This document shows positions 27,834 to 38,269 of a stretch of DNA of 64,000 bases, piece by piece. Source of the stretch: Candidatus Binatia bacterium (GTDB taxonomy: Bacteria; Desulfobacterota; Binatia; Bin18); contig OY761159.2 of NCBI GenBank assembly GCA_963664395.2, positions 224,001 through 288,000 on the forward strand, read 5' to 3'. The number at the start of each line of letters is the position of its first letter. Position 1 is the first letter of the stretch. Under the pieces are notes generated by a model. The model did not search any database, was not told the DNA's origin, and saw only the letters and a program-made list of their open reading frames with translations. Made by a program: the position numbers and the translations under genes.

Positions 27834-28651
27834 GAGCCGCCTAGGCGCTCAATCCGCTTTTGCAGCTTTTCCAGATAGGGTTTGACATCCGGCGCAAAGG
27901 CCTCGTGCTCGGACAGCTTGACAAAATGGGCCATGGCTTTCGGATACTCCGCTTCGACGCCGGCGTGAAATACGAGGTCCAGCCCGTTGTCGGCCAACAG
28001 CTTCTGCTGGGCCTTTTCGTTGGAGAATAATGCAATCTCGGCCACAAAGCAGATATCAGCCAGGGTGATGTTATCACCAACGAGATATTCCCGGTTTGGG
28101 GTCAGCCCCCGGTCAATGCCGGAAAGATATATCCCAAAGGCATCTTTCGCCCTGGCATGAATATCTACCGTGAGGGCGCCAGCCATTAAGGCGAGGAGAT
28201 AAATCTGCGAATCCCGCGCAAAGACCAGACTGGCGTCAAGAAAGCTGTCAATGCGCGTGGCGGAATACGCATCCGTGCCATACACCGGATACGTCTCCTG
28301 CCCCAGACGCCCGACGGCACGCATGATGCTGTTCGATTCAAAAATCCCTGTCTTGCCATCAGGACTGAACGCTGCGGGCACCGTCCCAAACGGGTGCGCT
28401 TCGAGAAAGGCGTCAGTCTTGAACAAACGGCCGGTAAAACCGGCTCGGGCCTGCCGCTCCGTATTCTGAGGGGAAGTCTTTTCTTCTTCGGTCAGCGGGC
28501 GGGCCTCAAAATCCCACAGCCAGTTCTGCAAGTCGGAGCCCGCTCCGCCCCGCACATCAAGGCGGATATTGCACAGGCGGGCCGCAATAGTTGCCTTCCA
28601 AATACGCGGATTGGGCAGATAGGAAAAAATGCGGAGATCAAAGTCTGACAT
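27809..28651 (-). CDS. Glutathione S-transferase family protein (EF1B-gamma-like)
   Basis: PNPRIWKATIAA, HPFGTVPA, IFESNSIMRAV, YLVGDNITLADI. Confidence 0.82.
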   Translation of the reverse strand: MSDFDLRIFSYLPNPRIWKATIAARLCNIRLDVRGGAGSDLQNWLWDFEARPLTEEEKTSPQNTERQARAGFTGRLFKTDAFLEAHPFGTVPAAFSPDGKTGIFESNSIMRAVGRLGQETYPVYGTDAYSATRIDSFLDASLVFARDSQIYLLALMAGALTVDIHARAKDAFGIYLSGIDRGLTPNREYLVGDNITLADICFVAEIALFSNEKAQQKLLADNGLDLVFHAGVEAEYPKAMAHFVKLSEHEAFAPDVKPYLEKLQKRIERLGGSQGRVTLA

Positions 28652-28726
28652 GGTGACTATCCTTTCCAAATACAATACAAGAATATTTCAAGGCTGGGAG
28701 AATAGCAGAAGATCAGCGCAGGGAAC

Positions 28727-29146
28727 ATGACAACACGCACGAATAGAGAAAAACCTGGCTATGGCAACGGCGATGCCTCCTTTCAGGCCGCAGGCGGCGT
28801 GACCGGACTTCGTAAGCTCGTTAATGATTTCTACGATTTAATGGAGCAGCTTCCCAAGGCCAAAGAAATTCGAGACCTGCACCCCGATGATCTCACCCAG
28901 TCCCGAGACAAACTGGCCCGTTTTTTATGTGGCTGGCTCGGCGGGCCGAAGCTCTATCGCGAAAAATACGGCCCAATCAGGATTCCCAGCGCGCACGCCC
29001 ATCTGAACATCGGCAGCAAACAACGCGATGCCTGGCTGGCGTGTATGCACAGGGCGCTGGAGAAGCAGCCCTACGCCGAAAGCTTCAAGGCGTATCTCAT
29101 CGAACAGTTGGCTGTTCCCGCGGAACGGTGTCGGACGCGGGATTAA
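28727..29146 (+). CDS. Group II truncated haemoglobin
   Basis: GG..GLRKLVNDFYDLM, KLARFLCGWLGGPKLY, AHAHLNIG..QRDAWLACM. Confidence 0.9.
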   Translation: MTTRTNREKPGYGNGDASFQAAGGVTGLRKLVNDFYDLMEQLPKAKEIRDLHPDDLTQSRDKLARFLCGWLGGPKLYREKYGPIRIPSAHAHLNIGSKQRDAWLACMHRALEKQPYAESFKAYLIEQLAVPAERCRTRD

Positions 29147-29463
29147 GCCGTGGAGTCCTCGGCCCAGGGTTGGCCGAGTCGCTCAGCCGCGGCTCGTGGG
29201 GAGTATGGAGACGAGTAGAAACCAACTTTGTAACTTGATTCGACCGCTACGTCGTCACGCTGAAGTTCGACCAGCACCAAGTCGGCAGACGATACATCTT
29301 GCGCTGGCGGGTCGGCATCAGGCGTGGGAGCCTGGTCGGTGTAAAACCGATGGACGCCAATATCCAAAGGCCACTGGATACTCTCGAAAGGCCGATCATA
29401 GGCAGGCTTTCCGCCTACGGCAATCAATCGATTGTCCTGCCGTACAAACCACACTTTTGCCAT
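29143..29463 (-). CDS. Hypothetical protein
   Basis: 106-aa ORF with AAGGAAAG RBS, co-oriented with the upstream peptidase. Confidence 0.6.
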   Translation of the reverse strand: MAKVWFVRQDNRLIAVGGKPAYDRPFESIQWPLDIGVHRFYTDQAPTPDADPPAQDVSSADLVLVELQRDDVAVESSYKVGFYSSPYSPRAAAERLGQPWAEDSTA

Positions 29464-29477
29464 GGGTTCATCTTTCC

Positions 29478-30659
29478 TTATTTCAGAATGGGGACCACTT
29501 CCGTTTGGACCGGATCGCCGGTCACAATCGCTTCGTCCTGTGTGACATAGACGTCAACCTCACTGCGGACCCCAAAGTCTCCAGCCAGATAAATCCCAGG
29601 CTCGACTGAGAAGCAGGTATGGGGAAGTACACGGCGCGTATCCCGTGTTTCCACACCATCCATGTTCGCGCCATTGCCGTGGACTTCCTGACCAATAGAG
29701 TGCCCGGTTCGATGAAAAAACCGGTCGCCATAACCCGCAGCGGCAATAACGGTTCGTGATGCAGCATCAACCTCATGGCCAAAAAACGTCTGGCCACCTG
29801 CCACGCGCTCTTTCACAAAGGCTACAGCAGCGTCACGAGCGTCACGCACCAGATGAAAGATCGTCTGATACCGCTCGGGGACGACCTTTCCCATAAAGCC
29901 GGTCCAGGTGATATCGGCATACACTCCGTCCGGTTCTTTGGCCCAGAGGTCAATCAGCACAAAGTCGCCGGGCCGAATCAGCGCCGTCTGTTCAGCCGTT
30001 GGTGTATAGTGCGGGTCCGCGCTATGGGCGTTGGCCGCCACAACAGGCGGATGGTAGGTAGTCAGCCCAGATTGGGCAAAACGGTCCAGGATGAATTGTT
30101 GCACCTGATATTCAGACAGCGGCGTATTATCTCTCAAATAGCCAAAGGCGGCGTCAACAGTCTCACGGACCACTGTGGCCGCCCGGAGATGACTGTGCCA
30201 TTGCTCTCGGGTCCAGACTGCTTCAAAACGCTGGACCAGGTCGGCAGACGAGACAACCTCAACCCCGAGCTGACGGATTGTTTCAATCGTGCCGGCGTCA
30301 ACGCGCGAGATGTATGGGATGGCATTCCCAGGCGAATACTGCATGGCAATGCGCCGCCTGTTGCGCAGAATCTCGGCTAACCGGTCATCGTGCTGCTGCC
30401 AGGTGAAAAACCGCAGCTTTTGTCCGGGGAGGCTATCGAGACGATACGGCTCAATGGTGGAGACGAGGCCCAGTGGCGCTCCATCAGCCGGAATGAAGTA
30501 GTACCAGCGCCGGGTCGATATCTCAGTTGAATCGAGCCCGAGAATCCGGTAGGCGAGTGGATCACTCCCCCGAAAATCATAAAACAGCCAGCCGTCAAGC
30601 GACTCGTTTTGCTCATTTTGTAGTGCGCGCTGGATTTCGCGCAAGCGGTCTTCGTCCAT
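29478..30659 (-). CDS. M24 family (Xaa-Pro) metallopeptidase
   Basis: ADPHY, LIDLWAK, YADIT, HRTGHSIG..VHG, FSVEPGIY, GVRSE. Confidence 0.92.
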   Translation of the reverse strand: MDEDRLREIQRALQNEQNESLDGWLFYDFRGSDPLAYRILGLDSTEISTRRWYYFIPADGAPLGLVSTIEPYRLDSLPGQKLRFFTWQQHDDRLAEILRNRRRIAMQYSPGNAIPYISRVDAGTIETIRQLGVEVVSSADLVQRFEAVWTREQWHSHLRAATVVRETVDAAFGYLRDNTPLSEYQVQQFILDRFAQSGLTTYHPPVVAANAHSADPHYTPTAEQTALIRPGDFVLIDLWAKEPDGVYADITWTGFMGKVVPERYQTIFHLVRDARDAAVAFVKERVAGGQTFFGHEVDAASRTVIAAAGYGDRFFHRTGHSIGQEVHGNGANMDGVETRDTRRVLPHTCFSVEPGIYLAGDFGVRSEVDVYVTQDEAIVTGDPVQTEVVPILK

Positions 30660-30736
30660 ATAGTCCTCGCATACGGCCTTCGCTTGAGTTGCGGCCCATC
30701 TGACGAGATGGTAATACTAGCCCCTGGAGGTTAAGA

Positions 30737-31009
30737 ATGAAAGAAGGAATTCATCCGGAAGCATACCAAGACGTAGTCTTTCAGGATACATCGGCTGACT
30801 TCGCCTTCCTCACCCGGGCGTGTATCAAGACGACCGAAACGATTGAATGGGAAGATGGGAAGACCTATCCGCTGTATAAACTCGATATTTCGAGCGCGTC
30901 CCATCCGTTCTATACAGGGAAACAGCGCATTGTTGATACGGCAGGGCGAGTCGAGCGCTTCCGCCGGAGATATGGGGTGCAAGACACGGAGCCGAAAGAA
31001 GAAGCATAG
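30737..31009 (+). CDS. rpmE2: 50S ribosomal protein L31 type B
   Basis: [51 protein letters not shown]; no CxxC zinc motifs. Confidence 0.95.
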   Translation: MKEGIHPEAYQDVVFQDTSADFAFLTRACIKTTETIEWEDGKTYPLYKLDISSASHPFYTGKQRIVDTAGRVERFRRRYGVQDTEPKEEA

Positions 31010-31057
31010 CAAACGCACGCTCTGCGTCGGACAGGCGAAGAGCAGAACAGCGTGTCC

Positions 31058-31080
31058 AGGGGCGGTATAAAACCGCCCCT
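31058..31080. repeat. REP-like palindrome / hairpin
   Basis: AGGGGCGGT-ataaa-ACCGCCCCT. Confidence 0.55.
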
Positions 31081-31120
31081 TATTGTATTCATTTCCCCCT
31101 GGTGTTCCCCGGTTGCTATT

Positions 31121-32206
31121 ATGAGTGAACCAGTTGCGTTGCGCGAAAAACTCTCTGAGGTTGAGAAGCGCTACGAAGAAGTTGAAAGCACGTTGGGTCG
31201 TCCCGAGGTCGCCAGTGATGTCAAAGAATATGCAAAACTGGCAAAGGAGCACGCTTCACTGGAAGAAGTCGTTGCCTGTTTTCGGGAATGGCGTAAGGTC
31301 CATGAGGATCTCGAAGGCAGTCAAGCCTTGCTTGATGACTTCGACCCGGATGTGCGCGAACTTGCGCAAGAAGAGATCCGGGACCTGAGCCCACGTGCGA
31401 CAGCGCTTGAAGACAAGCTGCATCTCCTATTGATCCCCAAAGACCCGCTTGACAGGAAAAACGTGATCCTTGAAATCCGGGCCGGCACGGGAGGCGACGA
31501 GGCCAGTTTGTTTGCGGCGGATTTGTTTCGGATGTATTCCCATTATGCCGAACAGCGCAACTGGCATATGGAGGTGCTGAGTTCGAGCCCAACCGGCCTG
31601 GGCGGCTTCAAGGAAATTATCAGCATGGTCAATGGCAAGAATGCGTACAGCCGTCTCAAATTCGAGGGCGGGGTACACCGTGTGCAGCGTGTTCCCGAGA
31701 CGGAAGCATCCGGCCGGATTCATACCTCAGCGGTTACGGTTGCCGTCCTGCCTGAAGCCGACGAGGTCGATATCGCCATTGACGAAAAAGAACTCCGGAT
31801 CGACGTTTTTCGGTCTTCCGGTCCGGGCGGACAAAGTGTGAATACCACGGATTCAGCCGTCCGTATTACCCATCTGCCAACCCACCTCGTCGTCACCTGC
31901 CAGGATGAAAAATCGCAGCACAAAAATAAAGCCAAGGCGCTGAAAATTTTACGGTCTCGACTCCTTGAGCGGGCCCAAGAGGAACAACATGCCGAAATCA
32001 GTGCTTCCCGCCGGAGCATGGTCGGCTCAGGAGACCGCTCTGAACGCATCCGGACGTATAATTTCCCACAATCGCGTATGACGGACCATCGCATCAATAT
32101 GACGCTCCACACGCTTGAGCGCGTTCTTGACGGCGAGATCGACCCCGTGGTGGATGCCCTCGTCTCTTCGCATCAAGCCGAAATGCTCAAGGTCGCAGCC
32201 GGCTGA
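31121..32206 (+). CDS. prfA: Peptide chain release factor 1
   Basis: [14 protein letters not shown] anticodon (RVPETE), [20 protein letters not shown]; upstream of prmC. Confidence 0.97.
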   Translation: MSEPVALREKLSEVEKRYEEVESTLGRPEVASDVKEYAKLAKEHASLEEVVACFREWRKVHEDLEGSQALLDDFDPDVRELAQEEIRDLSPRATALEDKLHLLLIPKDPLDRKNVILEIRAGTGGDEASLFAADLFRMYSHYAEQRNWHMEVLSSSPTGLGGFKEIISMVNGKNAYSRLKFEGGVHRVQRVPETEASGRIHTSAVTVAVLPEADEVDIAIDEKELRIDVFRSSGPGGQSVNTTDSAVRITHLPTHLVVTCQDEKSQHKNKAKALKILRSRLLERAQEEQHAEISASRRSMVGSGDRSERIRTYNFPQSRMTDHRINMTLHTLERVLDGEIDPVVDALVSSHQAEMLKVAAG

Positions 32207-32232
32207 ATCCAGCCCTACGGGTTTGCCACACG

Positions 32233-33156
32233 GTGAAGAACTCTCGTGCTTTCCATACACCAGCGCCCCCGCGTCTCCAGCCGTTCCGCGTTGATACGGT
32301 TGCCCAGCTTGTGGCCTGGGCCGAAAGCGCACTCAGGACGTACGATATTGACACCCCCCGCTTGGACGCGGAAGTCATTCTGGCTCATACGCTGCAAGTA
32401 AGCCGGTCGTGCCTGTACAGTCGGCTCCAAGATACTGTTTCCGCTTCTCAGAAAAATGACTTCCAGCAGTTCCTGGCCCGCCGTGCACGCCGCGAGCCGG
32501 TTGCCTACATCACCGGCCAACAAGAATTCTGGTCGCTCGCATTCCAGGTCAGCCCCTGCGTTCTCATTCCACGTCCCGATACGGAGATCGTCGTTGAGAC
32601 GGCTTTACGCCTGCTTGCATCGCCTCAGACAGCCGCACCACATATACTCGATATTGGGACAGGCAGCGGCTGCATTGCCGTTGCCCTCGCCACCGAATTG
32701 CCGCACGCGACCATATGGGCGGCAGATAGGACACAAGAGATCCTGTCTCTTGCCCGCAGGAATGCCGACTCTCATCAGGTCAACCAACGCCTCACATTTT
32801 ACTGTGGAGACATGCTCGCTCCTGTGACGCCTGGCCCACCGTTCTTCGACCTGATCGTGACCAATCCGCCGTATATCGCCCCGCAGGTGCTCGACACGCT
32901 CGAGCCCGAGGTCCGGGAATGGGAGCCTCGGGCGGCCCTGGACGGCGGGGCGGACGGTCTCGATTTTTATCAGCGCCTGCTGTACGACAGTCCGGGCTAC
33001 CTACGACCCGGCGGCTGGCTCGTTGCGGAAATTGGAGAGGATCAAAAAGACGCAGTGTTGCAGTTAGGGCAAAAGAAGCACCATCTGCGTTTCCGAACGT
33101 GCAGGCAAGACTATGCCGGCCGGGATCGCGTCGTCGTCTTCCAGAAGGCAGCCTGA
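32233..33156 (+). CDS. prmC: Release factor glutamine methyltransferase
   Basis: REPVAYITG..EFW, LIPRPDTE, LDIGTGSG, NPPY, ALDGGADGL. Confidence 0.96.
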   Translation: MKNSRAFHTPAPPRLQPFRVDTVAQLVAWAESALRTYDIDTPRLDAEVILAHTLQVSRSCLYSRLQDTVSASQKNDFQQFLARRARREPVAYITGQQEFWSLAFQVSPCVLIPRPDTEIVVETALRLLASPQTAAPHILDIGTGSGCIAVALATELPHATIWAADRTQEILSLARRNADSHQVNQRLTFYCGDMLAPVTPGPPFFDLIVTNPPYIAPQVLDTLEPEVREWEPRAALDGGADGLDFYQRLLYDSPGYLRPGGWLVAEIGEDQKDAVLQLGQKKHHLRFRTCRQDYAGRDRVVVFQKAA

Positions 33157-33246
33157 ACTGAACAGCAGATATTGGGGAAATGGTAGGCCGGACTGTCATG
33201 CACTTCTCACAGACCTTGCACGGATATCGATAACGGATCTTTATCA

Positions 33247-34515
33247 ATGGACACCATTCTCATCCAAGGCGGTATTCCTCTTCAGGGTGAGGTCACGGTC
33301 AGCGGAGCAAAAAATGCCGCCTTACCGCTGCTCTTCGCCTCTCTTCTGACAGCAGAGGAATGCAGGCTGCACGGCGTACCGCGTCTGGTTGATGTTCGGA
33401 CAGCCCTCCGCTTGCTGAACGAACTCGGGGTGCAGACCGATTGGCTCAGTACTCACGAAGTGGTACTCAACGCCAAACGGGCAGGGCAATTTGAGGCGCC
33501 GTATGACTTGGTCAAGACCATGCGCGCCTCGTTTTTGGTGCTCGGGCCGCTGTTGGCGCGCTTTGGCAGAGCCCGTGTCTCAACCCCGGGCGGCTGTGCC
33601 ATTGGCGCCCGTCCGGTCAATATTCATTTGGCGGGCTTGCAGCAGCTCGGCGCAGCCATACGTATTCGGCAGGGCTATGTCGAAGCGCGGGCCGGCCGGC
33701 TGACGGGGGCGCGGATCACGCTCGATTTTCCCTCTGTCGGGGCGACAGAGAACCTCATGATGGCGGCCACCTTGGCCACAGGCACAACCGTCCTGGACAA
33801 TGCCGCTCGTGAGCCCGAAATTGAAGACTTGGCAGCCATGCTTATTTCTATGGGTGCCCGTATTCATGGGGCGGGGAGTCGGATAATCGTGATTGAGGGC
33901 GTTGAGGCGCTGCACGGCGTCAGCCACCACGTTATTCCTGATCGCGTCGAGGCCGGGACCTTTCTTATCGCCGGCGCGATCACGTCAGGCAACATTCTGG
34001 TCCGAGGGGCTCGCGCCGATCATCTCGCCAGTTTTTTGGATACCCTGCAACGCGCAGGAGTCACTATTGCCCACGAACCGGAAGGGATTCGGGTCCGGGG
34101 CAATGGTCGGCCGACCGGCGTCCAGCTCAACACCCAGCCCTACCCCGGTTTTCCAACCGACCTGCAAGCCCAGATGATGGCCCTGCTGACTCTCGGTGAG
34201 CAGCAGAGCAGCATCACCGAAACGATTTTCGAGAATCGCTTCATGCACGCACAAGAACTCGTCCGTTTAGGCGCAGACGTGTATGTCCAAGGCCACACCG
34301 CGACCATTCAGGGCGTTGCGTTTTTAAGCGGTGCGCCCGTCATGGCGACCGACTTGCGGGCCAGCGTGTCGCTGGTCCTGGCCGGACTGGCGGCCCGCGG
34401 CGAGACAGAGGTTTCCCGTATTTACCATCTTGATCGCGGCTATGAACACATAGAAGCCAAGCTGTCTCAGCTTGGGGCAAAAATCCAGCGTCAGGCAGGC
34501 CAGCCCGTCCAATGA
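33247..34515 (+). CDS. murA: UDP-N-acetylglucosamine 1-carboxyvinyltransferase
   Basis: [23 protein letters not shown] (catalytic Cys), [17 protein letters not shown]. Confidence 0.98.
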   Translation: MDTILIQGGIPLQGEVTVSGAKNAALPLLFASLLTAEECRLHGVPRLVDVRTALRLLNELGVQTDWLSTHEVVLNAKRAGQFEAPYDLVKTMRASFLVLGPLLARFGRARVSTPGGCAIGARPVNIHLAGLQQLGAAIRIRQGYVEARAGRLTGARITLDFPSVGATENLMMAATLATGTTVLDNAAREPEIEDLAAMLISMGARIHGAGSRIIVIEGVEALHGVSHHVIPDRVEAGTFLIAGAITSGNILVRGARADHLASFLDTLQRAGVTIAHEPEGIRVRGNGRPTGVQLNTQPYPGFPTDLQAQMMALLTLGEQQSSITETIFENRFMHAQELVRLGADVYVQGHTATIQGVAFLSGAPVMATDLRASVSLVLAGLAARGETEVSRIYHLDRGYEHIEAKLSQLGAKIQRQAGQPVQ

Positions 34516-35852
34516 CACACACCGCAACGAAAGCTCCGGTTCCGCTGCTCGCCACGACAGACGCAGCCTGCCAGCGCCACCTCGCCAAGCTGCTGTCGCG
34601 TGGCGAGGACGCAAGTATACAGGTTGAAGCTGCGGTCCGCTCCATTCTGGATGACGTGCACAAGCGCGGTGACCGGGCACTCATCGCCCTCACCAAAAAA
34701 TTCGATCAGGTGTCACTCTCGTCTCACGAACTGGGCGCGACCCAGGACGAGATGGCGCAGGCGCTCAAGAGCCTCCCCGCACCAACCAGAAAGGCGCTCC
34801 GAACCGCGGCCCAACGTATCCGGCGCTTTCATCGCAAGCAGCGTCAGTCATCGTGGACGTACCGCGACGAGCTTGGGGTCACCCTGGGCCAAAAAATAGC
34901 GCCGCTTGAACGGGTCGGGGTGTATGTTCCCGGCGGCACCGCGGCCTATCCGTCTTCGGTGCTCATGAATGTGATCCCGGCCAAAGTTGCCGGGGTCAAA
35001 GAGGTCATCGTGGTCTCTCCGCCGTCTCCCGAAGGAGATAATCCCGCCCTGCTGGCTGCGGCTCGTATTGCGGGAGCGGACGCCTTTTTTCGGGTCGGCG
35101 GGGCGCAGGCTGTAGCCGCCCTGGCGTACGGCACCCAAACGATTCCGCGCGTCGATAAAATCGTCGGACCGGGCAATATTTATGTCGCCACAGCCAAACG
35201 GCTCGTCTTTGGACGGGTTGATATCGATATGATTGCCGGGCCGAGTGAGATTCTCGTTATCGCTGACCACACGGCCAAGCCCGACTATATTGCGGCCGAC
35301 ATGCTCTCCCAGGCGGAACATGACACCCTGGCCGCGCCGTTGTGTCTGACGACATCCCGACGAATGGGACAGGCAGTGATCCGGGAACTTAGCGAACAAC
35401 TCGCTCAGCTTCCCCGGCGCGCAATCGCGGCGGCCTCCTTACGTCGCTTCGGCGCGGTCATCATTGCTCGTAATCGTTCAGAGGTGGTGACGCTTGCCAA
35501 TGCGATCGCCCCCGAACATTTGGAACTTGCGGTCAAAAATCCACGGACCTGGATCAAAGATATTCACAACACCGGCGCGATATTTCTGGGGCATCTTTCG
35601 ACCGAACCGTTCGGCGATTATATGGCCGGTCCCAATCACGTTCTGCCCACGGGCGGCACCGCCCGGTTTTCCTCGCCACTCGGCGTCTACGACTTCCTGA
35701 AACGCACCAGTGTGATACAGGCTTCCTCTCGGGCCCTGTCTACCCTGGGTCCCGAAGTGGTGCGGCTCGCCAAACTTGAGGGACTTGAGGCGCACGCGCG
35801 GGCCGTGCAATATCGTTTAGACGGAGGCAGGCATGGCCGCACGCACAGCTGA
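34512..35852 (+). CDS. hisD: Histidinol dehydrogenase
   Basis: GVYVPGGTAAYPSS, KIVGPGNIYV, DMIAGPSE, SQAEHD, APEHLEL, GPNHVLPT. Confidence 0.98.
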   Translation: MTHTATKAPVPLLATTDAACQRHLAKLLSRGEDASIQVEAAVRSILDDVHKRGDRALIALTKKFDQVSLSSHELGATQDEMAQALKSLPAPTRKALRTAAQRIRRFHRKQRQSSWTYRDELGVTLGQKIAPLERVGVYVPGGTAAYPSSVLMNVIPAKVAGVKEVIVVSPPSPEGDNPALLAAARIAGADAFFRVGGAQAVAALAYGTQTIPRVDKIVGPGNIYVATAKRLVFGRVDIDMIAGPSEILVIADHTAKPDYIAADMLSQAEHDTLAAPLCLTTSRRMGQAVIRELSEQLAQLPRRAIAAASLRRFGAVIIARNRSEVVTLANAIAPEHLELAVKNPRTWIKDIHNTGAIFLGHLSTEPFGDYMAGPNHVLPTGGTARFSSPLGVYDFLKRTSVIQASSRALSTLGPEVVRLAKLEGLEAHARAVQYRLDGGRHGRTHS

Positions 35853-36423
35853 CATACAGCGGAAGACCACTGAGACCGATATCCACCTGAGCATTCAAAT
35901 TGAAGGCGAAGGGAAGTACGAGGTATCGACCGGTGTCCCCTTTCTTGACCACATGCTGGAACTCTTTACCCGACACGGCTTCTTTAATCTCAGCGTGCAG
36001 GCCAGCGGTGATATTGCAGTAGACGATCACCATACGGTTGAAGATGTCGGTCTGGCGCTCGGCCAGGCGCTCCGAGAAGCCCTGGGCGACAAACACGGCA
36101 TCCGCCGCTTCGGCGCTGCCAGCGTGCCGCTTGATGAGGCGTTAGTCTCGTGCGTGGTTGACCTGAGCGGGCGGCCTTTTCTGGCCTACAATCTGGATAT
36201 TCGACAGGAACGGGTAGGAAATTTTTCGACGGAACTGATCCACGACTTTTTTCTGGCCTGCACGAATCAGGTCGGTATGAATCTGCACCTGAATATGACC
36301 CAGGGCCGCAACCCCCACCACATCATTGAGGCCGGCTTCAAAGCTTTTGCCCGTGCGCTGAGCAGCGCGGTTGAGCATGACCCACGGGTCACGGGCGTAT
36401 TGTCCACCAAGGGCACGCTCTAG
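35833..36423 (+). CDS. hisB: Imidazoleglycerol-phosphate dehydratase
   Basis: RKTTETDI, FLDHML, DDHHTVED, PLDEAL, NPHHIIE, STKGTL. Confidence 0.98.
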   Translation: MAARTADIQRKTTETDIHLSIQIEGEGKYEVSTGVPFLDHMLELFTRHGFFNLSVQASGDIAVDDHHTVEDVGLALGQALREALGDKHGIRRFGAASVPLDEALVSCVVDLSGRPFLAYNLDIRQERVGNFSTELIHDFFLACTNQVGMNLHLNMTQGRNPHHIIEAGFKAFARALSSAVEHDPRVTGVLSTKGTL

Positions 36424-36449
36424 GGGCCGGTTTGTACGGTCGTCCGGTC

Positions 36450-36737
36450 ATGAAGAAATCCGTCTCACGCCCCGCGTCTGCCAAAAAGAACACTTCACAC
36501 CGTACCGGGGGTGCCGCCGCCCGTCGCCGCCGCCCGTCGCCGCCGAAACGGGACGACAAGCTCTTCAAAGCCCTGCTCCTGAAATCCCTGGCAGCCTTTG
36601 AAGAGTCGTTCCGCCGTCAGTATCCGCACGAGTCCCGGGCGGATATTCTGGACCGAATGACTCGCCACCTGTCTGAGTTGACCCAGTTTGAGCACCGTCA
36701 CCCCAAGAGGTCGTACCGCTTTGGCCGACATCATTGA
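36450..36737 (+). CDS. Hypothetical protein, possible partner of a nucleotidyltransferase
   Basis: 95-aa ORF overlapping the nucleotidyltransferase fragment; RRQYPHES..DI resembles such partner proteins. Confidence 0.5.
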   Translation: MKKSVSRPASAKKNTSHRTGGAAARRRRPSPPKRDDKLFKALLLKSLAAFEESFRRQYPHESRADILDRMTRHLSELTQFEHRHPKRSYRFGRHH

Positions 36738-36838
36738 CGAGACGTTCCGCCTGATTCAGCGGCTTTTTCGTCACGTCCGCATTCCCTACGCGATTATTGG
36801 TGGCTACGCCGCGGGCGTGTGGGGGGTTGAGCGAGCCG
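36721..36838 (+). pseudogene. Nucleotidyltransferase (DUF6036/AbiEii-like) 5' fragment
   Basis: IPYAIIGGYAAGVWGVERA, breaking off just before the expected TxDxD. Confidence 0.65.
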
Positions 36839-36991
36839 ACAGAAGTTGCGCTGATCGGCGATGCTGCAACGGTGTCAGGAGAAATCAAAAGGCTCGAAGA
36901 CCTGGGCGTGACCAATTTGTGTGGCTATGCCTTTCAGGCCGACGCTGATGCATTCGAGCGGACGGTCGATTTTTTGGGTTCGCTGCCCTGA
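36830..36991 (+). pseudogene. 3' fragment of an LLM-class oxidoreductase
   Basis: PTEVALIGDAATVSGEIKRLEDLGVT...FERTVDFLGSL resembles LLM C-termini; no 5' part. Confidence 0.6.
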
Positions 36992-36994
36992 GGA

Positions 36995-37097
36995 CTAGAG
37001 CGTTTTACGATAAGCTCTAGCCGTGCAGGGGCTCCCGTCATGCCGGACGTGATCCGGCATCCAGCGGGCGGCTACACAGCATCGTGATTTGCTCTAG
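36995..37097. repeat. MITE/REP-like palindromic element
   Basis: CTAGAGC at 36995 with GCTCTAG at 37014 and 37091; internal hairpin ATGCCGGA-cgtga-TCCGGCAT. Confidence 0.6.
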
Positions 37098-37099
37098 CC

Positions 37100-37360
37100 C
37101 TAACTTTTACTGTATGACGCTCGAAGCGTTTCAAGTTTGACACTGCCATGAGGCTGAGTGCCGTCCCCCTGGATAACGACGACCTGTCCATCACCTATAA
37201 ACGGCTTGAGGCGATTCTCAATCAGCTGAGTGATACGCCAATTTCGATCTACGGCATGAGCGTACGTATACTCCCCAACTTGACTGTTTTCGGTAGCACG
37301 AATCACAATGCGGATGTTTTCCTTTTCCCAGACAGCCCTTTCAAAATCCCTTACCGTCAT
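37100..37360 (-). CDS. Small hypothetical protein (86 aa)
   Basis: AAAGGAGAG RBS, lower GC; MTVRDFE...GDGTQPHGSVKLETLRASY. Confidence 0.7.
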   Translation of the reverse strand: MTVRDFERAVWEKENIRIVIRATENSQVGEYTYAHAVDRNWRITQLIENRLKPFIGDGQVVVIQGDGTQPHGSVKLETLRASYSKS

Positions 37361-37391
37361 CGCATTTCTCTCCTTTCGTAGATGGGGCTGA

Positions 37392-38258
37392 TCAGCGCGC
37401 GAGCGTGGGCGACCAGTTATAGATGCGGGCGAGGCTGCCGCCCATGAGCGCGGCTCGCTCGGAGTCGGACAACTGGTCGGTGACCCGGAAGGCCTCGACA
37501 CCCTGCTCGTAGGTCAGCAACTCGACCGCCCGGGTCCAGTCCGTGCCCCACAGACAGCGCTCAAAGCCGTACGCCTCGAAGATCTGTCCCAGGGGCTCCC
37601 AAATGTCGGCGTAGGGGAATGGCTCGTGCGACAGGGTGCACGCCCCGGAAATCTTGATGGCCACATTGTCATGCTCGGCAAGGGCGATGACCTTGCCGAG
37701 ATCAGCAAAGGGCTCTGGCGGAGCAGGAGGCTCGAAGGGTTGCCGCAGACCCACGTGATCCACGACCATCTGGGTGTTCGGGTTCCGGCGCGCCAGTTCA
37801 CCCAACAGCGGCAGTTTTCCCCAACACAGCACGTTCACCGGCAGACCGTGCCGCGCGCCAGCCGCCAATATCCGATTCAGGCCCGGATCGTCGGCGGTCG
37901 GATCACCCATCAGCATGATGCGCGCCCCGACCACGCCCGGCCTTGCCGCCCATTCGGCAATCTCGTCTGCGACGGTTTCTATTCGGGGATCGAACGGCTT
38001 GATCAGACCGAACCGGCCGGGATGCCTGGCATATACTTCGAGCGCGTAGCTCGCGTCGAAGCGGTACATGGTCCACGGCGAGACCAACAGGGCTCCGTCG
38101 ACGCCAACGGCATCCATCGCTGCAACCATGTCGTCGCCCGTGACCTCGGATGGGCCGGGCAATGTCCTAATCCACGGCCGCTCCGGGTGGTCACGTTCAT
38201 AGGCATGGACCTGCGAGTCGATCGTCGGGGTCGGGCCAGTTTGCGAAGCGACCGCCAT
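37392..38258 (-). CDS. Amidohydrolase family protein (amidohydro_2)
   Basis: IDSQVHAY, VVDHVG, NVAIKISG, CLWGTDW. Confidence 0.88.
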   Translation of the reverse strand: MAVASQTGPTPTIDSQVHAYERDHPERPWIRTLPGPSEVTGDDMVAAMDAVGVDGALLVSPWTMYRFDASYALEVYARHPGRFGLIKPFDPRIETVADEIAEWAARPGVVGARIMLMGDPTADDPGLNRILAAGARHGLPVNVLCWGKLPLLGELARRNPNTQMVVDHVGLRQPFEPPAPPEPFADLGKVIALAEHDNVAIKISGACTLSHEPFPYADIWEPLGQIFEAYGFERCLWGTDWTRAVELLTYEQGVEAFRVTDQLSDSERAALMGGSLARIYNWSPTLAR

Positions 38259-38269
38259 TCTTCTTGTTC

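Noticed and set aside
36826-36832. GTTGAGC as an integron core site at the chimeric junction
   Set aside because: It lies inside the conserved GVERA coding motif and the breakpoint appears downstream; such heptamers are frequent by chance
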